This document shows, one piece after another, positions 25,708 through 36,923 of a stretch of 64,000 bases of DNA. Both the position numbers and the translations under genes were made by a program. This DNA comes from Pseudogymnoascus verrucosus (lineage: Eukaryota). The notes below the pieces were generated by a model. It searched no databases. It was not told where the DNA came from and saw only the letters and a list, made by a program, of their open reading frames with translations. Location: the NCBI GenBank assembly GCA_001662655.1, contig KV460211.1; one strand, given 5' to 3'. How positions within the stretch are numbered: position 1 is the stretch's first letter; each line of letters starts with the position of its first letter.

Positions 25708-27236
25708 TGGCGCAAGATGATCCCCATTCTGCTAAAAGTGCGCCAATCCAGCAGCTGCCGCCCCTTTCCGCCTCGTAACCGTCCCTCTCTTAGTTATCTT
25801 CTTGCTTTCATAGGCTCTCATAGGCTTTTAGAAGCCCCTACATTCTTTCACAAGCTTTGCTTGTTCTCATGAACTGCTGTCGATCATCATGATTCACCGT
25901 CGCTACCGTCGACCTTCGTTAACTCCTGGAGGCTAACGGGGATTACCGTTTTTGCGCAAATCCAGCGCTATGGAGCTGGATTTGCGCAATTGCAGTGCTT
26001 ACCATAGCGGCTACTGACCTTTGCCGCCCCTCGCCTCTTGCCTCTTGCCGCTACTGCTCCCCGTAGACCACCGGCATCACTTTCCCCCGCTTTCGCGCAA
26101 ATCTGCTCCTCACTAGACAGATCTGCGCGAAACCGGCCAAAAGTGAGGCCGGTGCTCGACTAACGGGCAGGTTTGCGTACAAACATAAGCGCAGCACTAG
26201 CTGCGCCTTACATATCCCATCACACCTACTCATAGCAGTAACTAGGGCCTAGGATTGTAGGCAGACAGTTTGTCTTGCGGATGGACAATGGTAGTCAGCT
26301 TTGTTAGTAGTTTGCCCTTAGTAGGGGGCGGCAAGAGGCGGTAGGCGGAAGGTGGCGGTAGCGGCCGGTGAGGGGCGGCAAACCCCTTTTGCGCACATTC
26401 GACGCTTGTAGGCGGAATTTGCGCATAACCAAAGGCTCGGCGGCTTTGCTAGGCTTATGGCAGCTTCGCAGGGCTTCTAGCAGCAGCCCTTATGGGGCTT
26501 GCGGCAGTTTGCTACACGTACGTGCCGTAGCTTTGGTGGCCTTTTAGCTGTTTGCTACACTTGTAGCCGCCTTAGTAGTCTACTAGACTCATAGCAAGCG
26601 GCAAGCGACAGGCAGCAAGCAGCAGGCGGCAGCGGCGCTGTCGGTGAGGGGTCGGTGAGGGGCGGCAAGCCATTTGTGCGCAAATCCAAAATCTTTAAGA
26701 TGGATTTGCGCACAAATCAGTTGCCGCCCTCATCCTCACCGACCCTCACCCTCACTAACACTGTTGCTGCTGTCGCCTGTTGCTTGCTACACTTATAGCA
26801 GGTACTGCCGGCTAGTAGCAGCTTACCACACTTCGGGTAGCCAGCAGCTGGTAGCAGCAGTAGACCTCGGTGAGGGGCGGCATGCTGGTTGTGGGCAAAT
26901 TTGACCGCCTTAGGACGAATTTGCGCCAAACTGGAGCGCGGCCGCTCACAGGCCCTACGGCGGGCAGCAGTATGCAGTAGGACTTACTGCTTGCTGGTTT
27001 TATAGAGGGCTGATTAGACAGGCAGGCTAACGGTTGCTCGTGCGCCATCAGCTTGCCAACCGGCTTCGAGGCAATTGGACGTATGAGCGGTAGGGGGTAG
27101 GCGGGAAGTAGCAGGTGGAAGTGGGCAGCGGCAGGTGATAGGGGGCAGCGGCAGCAGGCTGCGGCGGCTATCGCGGTGAGAGGCGGCAAGCTGTTTTTGC
27201 GCAAATTTATCCCCTCTCCGACAGATTTGCGCAAAA
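25708..27236. repeat. Array of seven spaced palindromes GCGCA-N24-TGCGC with associated GGTGAGGGGCGGCAA motif; no convincing ORF
   Basis: Units at 25708-25745, 25952-25989, 26091-26132, 26387-26428, 26672-26717, ~26889-26930, 27195-27236; 24 nt between the cores in all seven (unit 6 left core GGGCA). Confidence 0.85.
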
Positions 27237-27747
27237 CGCAAGCGAAGCTGTTGGCTTGCTAGCCTTGCGGCGGCTTGCATGTCTTCTGCGAAAAGCTTAC
27301 CAAGGAGGTTTAGAATCGGTTTTGAACTAGTATTATGTTAGTTTGGACTCCAAATAGGGGCTGAGTAGTTCACGAGCCTGCCATAATGCACAATCTCTCT
27401 CCGAACTTTTGGGCAGCACAGTAGCTTCACAATCACCACTCAATTCAAACCAGGGGCCCATAGAAACGTACTAAATGCACTACAGCTAGCTCGCGCAAAG
27501 AGAGATTTGTAAAGTACACGAAAACTAGAGTATCCTAAGCATAAACAAGAATCGGACACACAACAAAATTACCCAGTCCTGAAGGCTCCACCAAGCGGTA
27601 AGGCCCATGAGATAAAAGATATATGGCAAAATCGACTCCCCAACTCCTTCACGTTGCTCAGAACGGCAGACGGTGCGGATCTAGGAAATAGAACGGCTCG
27701 AAAGACATGCGTACTCAACATATGAAACCCATCCTCCGTGACGTGAA

Positions 27748-30391
27748 TCACCTCAGCGCCTCATCGGCCATCATGATAGCCTCCTCCATTTTATCGCCCT
27801 CGTCCCTCTTTGCAGCCGCAGAATCAGAGTAATACCCCCCTCCATTACCACCTTCCCTTTCGGCCCCACAAAGCCTATACTCCCCATCCTCTCTCCTCTC
27901 AATAATACCCTCATCAAGCGCCCACCTCGCCAACAACTTATCAACTCCCAACCGCCCCGCCTCGCCCTTCTCCATATGCCTTCCAACGTGCTCCGTCCAG
28001 TCATCCCAGCTGCCAGTACCCTCAAACACATTACTGCAGTCAGCCTTGGGGCACGCGCTCCGCTGTGGCGGCGAGCGGCGGATCACCAGGCACGATGCCT
28101 GCATGTCTTTGACGTGCGTCTCCCACTCGACCTGGAGCTTGCTATCGCCCTTGGCCAGGGCCTTCTTGATCGCGAACGGGGCATGCATGCGCCGCAAGTG
28201 CTGGGTGAAGAGATCCTTGCGGTTGAACTCGTTTCCTTTGCCCTCGACGGTGCTTTGGGGGCAGCTAGAGCAGCGGTAGAAGGTCAGACACAGATGTTGC
28301 GAGGCGATGTGGCGCTTCCATTCGTTCTTGGAGCCGAAAGTGCTCGTGCAGCCTGCGAAGGAGAAGGCGCAGGGGAAAGGGCGCGTGTGGGCGGCGGCGA
28401 TGTGCTTCCGTAAGGAAGAAGAGTCTTTGAATGGCGCGTGGCTGCACATGTTACAGCGGGTATCTTGTTTTGGGCCGGCCTTTTGGCTTGAGCGGCGGGC
28501 CTTGGGGCGGGAGGCGGGAGAGTTGTACTCAGATGAGTAGATGTTGTCTTCCATGCCGGACTCACCACCGTCGTGGGAAGAGATGGAATGTTGTCTCGGG
28601 CTTTGGAAACTGGGAGACTCGCCGGCTGGGATATTTGACGCGCCTCTGTCCTGGCGTTTGCTGTCGTGGCTGACTGGCCGAACGTGGCTAAGCGCCTTGA
28701 GTTGTATGGCAGCCTCGTGCATCTCATCTGAATCCTCAACATGATCTTTGTGTTCAGGTATAAGGCCTGGTTCGGGCGGTGCCGACATGCTTAATGGAGG
28801 CGGCGGAGGCAGGCTATGGGGGGACTGATGTCCGTGCTGGTAGGTGATGTTGGACGACGATCCGGCCAGCGAGTCGTTCCTTGGTACGCCAGGGCTCGAT
28901 GCCGCCGCAAGTGCATCCGCTGCCTCGAGAAGAATCTTGCCATCCTCCAAATGCTTGGAAGATGCATGATTGGCGATGGCGGTAAGGTCAACAAGGCTCT
29001 GATGCTCTCTCAACAAGTTATGAGATTTGATGTATCCCAACAAAATGCACTGCTTGTCTTGCGCAATGGCATTGTAGACATCAAGGGGCATCGAAATGAG
29101 TATAACAGTCGGTGGTCCTTGGAATCTTCCTTCAACTGTAACTTTGGCCGCAGTTGCAGGCGTGCTGTTTAACCAGTGCTTGAAAGATGCCATCTCATGA
29201 TCAGGCTCGCCATGGAATAAGATGCTGACAAGGGCTCTCTGCTCTTCAAATACCATTCCTGGCCTTGATGCATCCTGTAAGGCCTGCTCTCCGTGGGTGA
29301 GCGCTTGGTGAACATCTCCATCAGCTGCGCCGGAAGGCGACGCGATATGTGGCGCCCCCATGGCAGTAGGGGGAACCGGCGTCAATAGTATTGCCCGAGA
29401 TGAGTTTGGAGTCAGCGTGAAGAATATCGGAGTCCTTTCGGACGTGCTATTTGCCTTTCCAGAGCCATTGGTAAGGCCATTATGATCCAACGATCTGTAA
29501 TGGCGCAATGACACAATTAGCTCGTCATGAAGCTGCTGGGCCGTAAATGGCGGCTCGGAGCTTAGTTTATGAAGAGCGTCGATAAGATGATAGGTAAACG
29601 AGTGTGGTCCCGGGTCTTGCTCTGCAGTATCTGGTGCAAATGCAGCAATTACTTGCTTCAATCCGTTGCTCCCACTGTCTGGTGCCTCCACGACAGCACA
29701 GCAATCGAGCAGGAGCAGAATATCGGAAGGTGCATCTTCCAAGGGGCTTTTAATGTTATCCCACTTCACCTTAGAGGAATCTTCTCTCGGATTGCTAGCA
29801 AAAGAGTCAGTTGGTTCAGTATCCGACAGTCATGATGCCATCTCACCATGCCCAATACAACTGATTATCTGTTCCTACGTAGCTGTAGCCAACATAGTAG
29901 ATGATCAGGAGGTGTCCGGGACGAGCGTATTCAACATGCTGTGCGAGTTGAATCGATAGCTTAGAGGTTGGGTTGGGGCAAGTGGGGATGCTCCACGCCT
30001 CTGTTCTATAATTGTATCGCTCACGAAACAACTTCTGGAGGGCCAAGAGGTCGTCGGCGACACTCAAGTCATCTTCCCAACGTAACAACAACACCGATGC
30101 ACTACTATATGGAAGTCTGTTGTTTTGGGTCTCTATGACGGATGCAGCACCTTGAAGTTGTCGCGCGAATCGTTCGAGGTCCGCCTGGTCGGGTGAAGGC
30201 TGAGGGGGAGGCTGAGGCGCGTCTGGGAGCGACGACGACGCCTGGTACTCAAAAAGCTGCTCATTCTGTGCCTAATGAATCAAGTTAGCCCAAGAATATC
30301 ATCACAATGCTGTCTATCTACTCACCTGGTCCTGGATTGGATTTTCAGTCACTTTCGGCGCAAGGCGCCGCTTCTTCGTGAATGGCTCCAT
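27748..30391 (-). CDS. C2H2 zinc-finger protein with N-terminal caspase-like (C14-fold-like) domain; introns 30272-30325 and 29795-29846
   Basis: Spliced ORF from MEPFTKKRRLAPK; VLLLRWEDD...LLIIYYVGY...DILLLLDCC...GPHSFT; C-terminal CNMC..H..H, FPCAFSFAGCTSTFGSKNEWKRHIASQH, FNRKDLFTQHLRRMH. Confidence 0.8.
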
Positions 30392-31621
30392 CGAACAGGA
30401 GTTGCAGTTTGGATCGTGTCAATTGTAGAATCGACGAGGATAGTCGAAAACACTCGATGAAACGCAATAATAAGGGAACAGTCTCAAGTATAAATCTGAT
30501 GGTGACAAGGCGCCGATGAGAGTTGTTGAATGGGAAGGCTACAGAGCCTCGAGTTGATCCGCTGGATCGCCGACTTAAACGAGGCTGAAGGGCAGCAAAT
30601 CAGGCTCGGCAAATTGAGGAAGTGCGCCTCAGCCACCTGTACTAAGCGTGTCACGTGATAAATCCGCTTTTCTGCCTGTTCTCATTGGCGACCCTGGTTT
30701 GTTGTTATTTAACTGGCCCCCGGATTATCCACAGCCTTACGATGTTGGCAAAACAGAGGAAATGGGATGGATGGGAGGCCTAAGAACGCGTGCATGTCAA
30801 ATGCTGCGCCACATCAATATAGTGAGTGAGTTCAGTGAGTTTTGTCTGGATATCGAGTGGCGCTTCACAACAGCCACACTCCTAATATTTGATTTATGAA
30901 CCCAACCAATACTGTGGATTGCACTATCAACAGCATTTCAAATACTTCTTCAGTGCTATCATCTCAGTTCAGGTTTGTTTGCAGTTTGCTTAATTCACTG
31001 TTGATATTCACTTAGCCGCAATAGACGCGTCGTGTTGTTGTCGCGGCAGTGTACGGCCCGTGCATTTCTTTCGTCGGGACAACTGATAGAACCTCACATT
31101 TTCCAAAGGCGAAGGGTACAAAGGATGTTCTGTAAGTTTAAATAGATGCATATAGGTTCCGTATTTTCTATTATATTCTCAGTTCTGTTTCCTTAACTGT
31201 CAAATAAATGTTATTTTATCAAGCTGTACAGGATCTTCATAGTCCTCCTCTCCTTGTGGATATTATTCTGAGCGGCTATCACATTGGAGACTACAGAAAA
31301 TAGGCGCCTCAAAGGCCTCATACAAAATACTAAGCGATCGGATCGGATATTCATTATTTCCAGGCGAACCCAAATATTGTTTTGTATGTCCCTCTTGACC
31401 TTGAGTTCTCTTTTCATAACAAACCTCCGATCTTGAAGGATCATCTTCAAATCCTGCTTCATTCCACTTCCAGCAAAGCTCTGTGAGTCCATCACAGGCT
31501 TACTCAAGTATAGATTGTTTCTTAAAGGTATGTCTTGATTCTTTTATTGCTTTGGATCAGGTCCCTTCACAAGTTGCACCTCTGGAGTGCATACTCCAGA
31601 GCAACTTTCTTTCCAACAGGA

Positions 31622-31705
31622 CTCCATCAAGTCTCCGGTCGTATCATATCTTCATCAGGCCTTTGGTTAGATCCTATCTTCATCAAGTCCCTGGTCAGAT
31701 CCTAT
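31622..31705 (+). repeat. 3 x 28-bp tandem repeat inside a probable 5'UTR intron (31528-31806) of the zinc-knuckle gene
   Basis: ctccatcaagtctccggtcgtatcatat / cttcatcaggcctttggttagatcctat / cttcatcaagtccctggtcagatcctat; GTATGT donor at 31528, GCTAAC branch and CAG at 31806. Confidence 0.7.
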
Positions 31706-31850
31706 CATGAAACCTTCCCCTTTGAGCACCTTTCTATTTCAAGTTGCTCATACCTCCACACTCTGTTTTTATTTCATTCTAAAATACAGCTAACCTCTGT
31801 ACACAGTCCTTCAGGAGCCTGTTTAGAGATACCCCAACTCGAACAACACA

Positions 31851-33923
31851 ATGCCTGGCTTTGGTGGAGGCTTTGGTGATGGAGGTCAAGATGATGGTTT
31901 TGGTGGTGGCTTTGGGGGAGGCCAAGGTGATGCCGGCGCTGCTGGTGGTAACGATGGTGCCTGCTTCAACTGCGGCGAGCAAGGGTATGGATGAAGCATC
32001 TCCCATAACAATTGTTTCTAACTTGCACAAAGCCACATGAAGGGTGACTGCCCAAACCCACGTGTGGGTGGTGGCCAGCTCACTGGAGAGTGCTATAACT
32101 GTGGCGAGGTCGGGTAAGATTCCACAATCCAACTACATTATCATTGTTTATACCCTCACTAACACACATTTAGCCACAACAAGGCCGATTGCCCTAACCC
32201 CCAGGTTCCTCGTGAGTTCTCGGGTACCTGCCGTGTCTGTGAAGCTGTCGGCCACCGCGCTTCTGACTGCCCAACTGCTGGGCCAAAGTTGTGCAAGAAC
32301 TGTGGTGACGAGGGTTAGTCTCCCGAGGAAACATTCTTCCGTCAGCAAATACTCACCTGTAAATTTTCTAGGCCACACCATCACTGCTTGCACCAACCCA
32401 CGCAAGATCGATCGCAGCAACATTGAGGTCGTCGAGGCCGAGGTTGCCTGGGAGGGCCTCTGCAAGGCTGTCAAGGATCGCGACATGGACGATGTCAAGG
32501 AGGCCTTCCTCAAGTATGTCAAGGCTTGCCCTGACGCCACCTACCCTCAGCTCGAGGAGGGATTCCGCGACATGAACGTCCCATTGTACCTCATTGGCTT
32601 GCAGCGTGAGCTTGCCCCGACCTACACCAACATGGACTTGCAGGGCAACCTGGACAAGGAATTCACCGTTACGCTTAGGCTCGATCCTAACCCTAGGCGC
32701 CCCAAGGAGAATGTCGGTTGGCCCGAGACCAAGGAGGAGAACATTGAGCGCCTGACGAACGGTGGGCAGCCTGTTCCCCGTGGCATCCCTAAGTGCAACA
32801 ACTGCAATGAGATGGGCCACATTACCAAGTCCTGCCCTGAGGGGAAGCGTGAGGTTCTTGATCGTGCCTCTGTCACTTGCTTCAACTGCAACGAGACTGG
32901 CCATCGCATGCGTGATTGTAAGTTGATTAAACTCCACTATCTTGTACAAATATCTAACATTCTGTGCAGGCCACAAGCCCCGTGAGGATCGTTTCGCCTG
33001 CCGCAACTGCAAGTATGTCTCCCACCTTCCCTGAAATTTCGCGCGGTGCATAAACTGACAAGTCCACAGGCAATCCGGCCATAGTTCCAAGGAGTGTAAG
33101 TTGTCGGAGGTCCAAATATGATTGGAATATAACTGAACATTTCCAGGTACCGAGCCTCGCTCTGCTGAGGGCGTCGAGTGCAAGAACTGCAACGAGAGTA
33201 TGTCATCCCCATCCGGTCCTATAGTTTCCTATTGATATGTCCATAGTGGGCCATTTCTCGCGCGACTGCCCAACCGGCGGCGGTGGTGGTGGAGGTTGCC
33301 ACAACTGCGGCCAAGAGGGCCATCGCTCCAAGGAGTGTAAGTTCACTTTGAAATAACAAATCAGTACCCAACTAATCCCAACAGGCACTGAACCCCGTGT
33401 TCCAACTTGCCGCAACTGCGATGAGAAGGGTCACATTTCCAAGGAGTGCCCCAAGCCCCGTGACTGTAAGCTCCCCTTACCTATCAACATCAACAATAGA
33501 TCGTACTAACAACCACTTCCAGATTCTCGCGTCCAATGCTCCAACTGCCAGCAGAGTAAGCACACCCCTCTCATACCAAAATTCACAACTAACAATACAC
33601 CAGTGGGCCATACCAAGGTTCGCTGCAAGGAGCCTGTTGCCGAGTTGCCCGCCGAGGGCGGCGGCAGTGGAGACTTCGGCGGCGGCGGTTTCGGGGAGTC
33701 TGGCGGCTTCGGCGATTCCGGTGGCGGTGGCTTCGGCGCCTCCGACGCTCCCAAGGGCGGCGCTGCTCCTGCCTCTGCCCCCTTCGGAGATGGCTTTGGC
33801 GCCGGATCCGGCGGCTTTGGCAACGATGATGGATTCGGCGCTCCCGTCGCTCTTGTTGTCCCCGTTGCCGTTAGCGCAGCTCCTGCCCCAGTTGCTGCTG
33901 GTGGTGATGATGATGGATGGTAA
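31851..33923 (+). CDS. CCHC zinc-knuckle nucleic-acid-binding protein (CnjB/CNBP-like), 11 knuckles, 10 coding-region introns, Gly-rich termini
   Basis: Spliced CX2CX4HX4C motifs: [84 protein letters not shown] and five more. Confidence 0.88.
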
Positions 33924-34414
33924 ATGCATCATGATGAACTGTCTCTCACAGCGCGGCGTTTAGTCATGGTGGATTTGTTCGGTCAAGATGGTGCTCGGTG
34001 CGTCTGGTGCACTTTGGGACAGGTTTTCTGTGTTTGTGGCGTTCAGCTGGGTGATGGAGGCGGGTTTTATCAGCGCATTAGGGGGTCGTGGTTGGATCTG
34101 GGTGCAGGACTGCATATGTGGAATCTTGCGTTCAGGATCTTGACTGAGGGCGACACTGATGTATGCGGAAGATTAGGCGTACGTATCAGAAAGTAAATCA
34201 ATTGATTCATAAAATGCAAGACTTAATGTGACTTCAGTGCATTCCATGATTTTAGAATAAATTATTCCGACCAAATTATTTATTTTACCGTATACATTAA
34301 TATTCATTACCAATAGCTAAATCCAAATAGCCATCCAAAACCCCATAATAACCCATCCCAAGTCTAATTCCCCTTTAACCCCCAGACTCCTTAACCCCTA
34401 TCTTCCCCCCTCCC

Positions 34415-35056
34415 CTAAGCACTCTCCCTCCTCCTCCCCTCCTCCAAATCCCTCTCTCTCCCCCCTCCCCTCCAATCCCCCTCACTCCCCCTCCTAACGA
34501 TCCTCTCCGGAACCGCCAATCCCACCTCCCCACTCCTCCTCGGCCCAACCTCATCCATCCTCCCCCCACAAACCTCCTCATAATCAGGCAACCCAGCATC
34601 ATCCCCCGCATTCCCCCCTCCCTCCTTCCACTCCCCCGCATAAGGCGGCGGCGCCCGCCCAACCTCATCAACATCCAACTCCCAATCCGCATCCTCATCC
34701 ACGACCCTCCTCCTCGTCGGCAACCTCAGTAGACGCGCGAATCTCCACCCCCTCGGCGGCGACGGGGTCGAAGGGGACAGTGTCCTTGGGTGCTGGGCGC
34801 CAGCGAGGGCTTCGACGTCGAGAGCTAGGGCGCGGACGCCGGCGTGACGGGCGGCGATGGCGCGGGCCCGGTGACGCCGGGAGACGAGGTAGAAGGCTGT
34901 GACGAGGAGGAGGACGGCGACGAGGAGGAGGAGGAAGAGGTAGGTTGAGGGGTTGGTGGAGGAGGGGGTTGAGGTCGTTGGGGCGAGGGGGAGGGTTGGT
35001 TTGGCGGGGGTGGTGGTTGTCTGGGGGAAGACGCCAGGGGCTATGGGGTTGGACAT
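34415..35056 (-). CDS. Hypothetical single-pass membrane protein with PPPY/LPxY motifs
   Basis: 213-aa ORF: Thr/Pro-rich N-terminus, hydrophobic YLFLLLLVAVLLLVTAFYLV followed by RRHR, APPPY and LPDY motifs. Confidence 0.6.
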   Translation of the reverse strand: MSNPIAPGVFPQTTTTPAKPTLPLAPTTSTPSSTNPSTYLFLLLLVAVLLLVTAFYLVSRRHRARAIAARHAGVRALALDVEALAGAQHPRTLSPSTPSPPRGWRFARLLRLPTRRRVVDEDADWELDVDEVGRAPPPYAGEWKEGGGNAGDDAGLPDYEEVCGGRMDEVGPRRSGEVGLAVPERIVRRGSEGDWRGGGRERDLEEGRRRESA

Positions 35057-36204
35057 TTTGTGGTTGTGGCGTGTGTGTGTGTTGTCGATATGAGTGAGGA
35101 GATGGCTCTTTCGAGTATAGGAATGTTGATATCTTCGAGTCCTTTGATCTTAGGGATAGATTCGAGTCTTATCCCCTTCCAAACTGAGAAATCCCACGCT
35201 GCCGAAATTGTATATCCTTAATTTCTCCCAACTCCCTCACAAAAAAAGAGGTTGTGCTTGATAAATGTTTGTCGAACAACGGCGTTCAGTGCACCATACC
35301 CAGCTCCAACATGATAAATCGACTGGGCGCAATGGATGCGCGTGGTAGTGTTTGTTTTTGTGTCCTGCCAAACAAGCTGTAAGTGTAATCCGTTATAGTA
35401 ATCGACAGGAGGGTTTGATAGATGACGACGAGAAAGGTGCGTCGGGTAGCACGGAGGGGGAGGGTGCGTGGGGAGCCGTAAGGGGTTACACAGGGTCCAT
35501 TACTCACCACGGGACGCGCTATGTTAGGGGGTTTTTGTTTCTTAGTGTAATGGATTGGGTTTGCGGGGAGTTGAAGGTACAGTACAAGCCTTATGTCCGT
35601 GTTGAAGATATGCTGTAGATTCGTATATGAAAACTGTATGCGTTGGCGTCGGTATATAAAAACATGTGCCGACCCAGACAGCCTTATTAAATAAACCAAT
35701 ATAAATCCTCACAATTAAAATAAGAGAACATCTTATACCCATAAACAAGATTCCCCCTCCCAACCTCCCTTATCGCCTCTCCCCTTCCCCCACAAATCAA
35801 ACCCCCCCTTCCCCCCTCTTCTAACCACCGAACCTCCCGAAGACGTAATCCCCTATAGTCCATGAGGTCAGTCTCACTTACCGGACCTCCTGCCAATGAG
35901 ACACGCTGACCACCATAAACAGCGCCGGAAGCTACGGATACACCTTGTTCCTTGGCCCATGCTTATCGCATCCACTCATCCCCACCCCGCTGTGGCTGAT
36001 AAGCGATGGTGGTCTGTGCGGGTGGGCTAGGCAAGGCTGTAAGGCTGCGATGGACGACGAGGATACGATATCTTGGCTTTGAAGGACGTTGAAGGGGAGA
36101 TCAGGGTCAACGACGACAACGCTGGATGGATTGATGCATTAAACACGTCTACGGGTTAGATATACAAATCATCACCCATCCCTACTTCCTTCACCACCTT
36201 CAAA

Positions 36205-36534
36205 ATGCCCCGCGCAATCCGAGGTTCGCCCCCACCCCCATCCTCCTCTTCCCCAACCCAGCACTAACCCACCCAGGTGTCCTCGTCGAATGCGACCCCA
36301 GCATCAAAGCCATAATCGTCAAACTCGACAGCGAGCGCAACGACTTCATCGTCGAGGAGCTAGATGACCAGACGCTCGTTATCAACGAGGCTAAGTTGGG
36401 GACGCTGAAGATGATGCTTGAAGATGTGAGTTGGCCGTGCGCAGTGTGATGGGCGGGGGAGTTTTGCTAATGGTGATGATATGTAGAAACTTAAGGAGAC
36501 GCAGCAGCCGGCGGATGAGTCGGGGTCGGATTAG
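36205..36534 (+). CDS. TFB5: TFIIH subunit Tfb5/p8; two introns
   Basis: Spliced [71 protein letters not shown]; absent from the ORF track. Confidence 0.9.
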
Positions 36535-36923
36535 AGGGGTGTGTGAGAGGGATGATGCGGAGGAGTTGGGTGGAGATTTGATGGGATGGAAAATAAATGC
36601 AGAACTGCTACGACGACGATTTGGAGATTGGAGATAGGGAGTTTCATGGACACGACATAGATTCGTTGTGAAATTCCGAAGAGGACGAACAGACAGAAGA
36701 AACACGGCCTTTGGCCTGTAACAATTAAACAGCCTAGAATGGATATAAATTCCTCCCACCATATAAATCTATGACATGACCCTCCCAATGCCTCATTAAT
36801 ACCCCCAATCCCAAATCCCAAACCCAAGATCCCCCAAAAATTGCTCAACGCTAATCGCTACAAAAAAGATATCTCAACATATGCCCGCTCCCCTGCTAAA
36901 TTTTGGCCACTCCCACCATGCCC

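Noticed and set aside
25708..27236. CRISPR array, or coding ORFs within the palindrome array
   Set aside because: Intervening segments are 100-270 bp, the dyad centres differ, and the short ORFs lack recognisable domains
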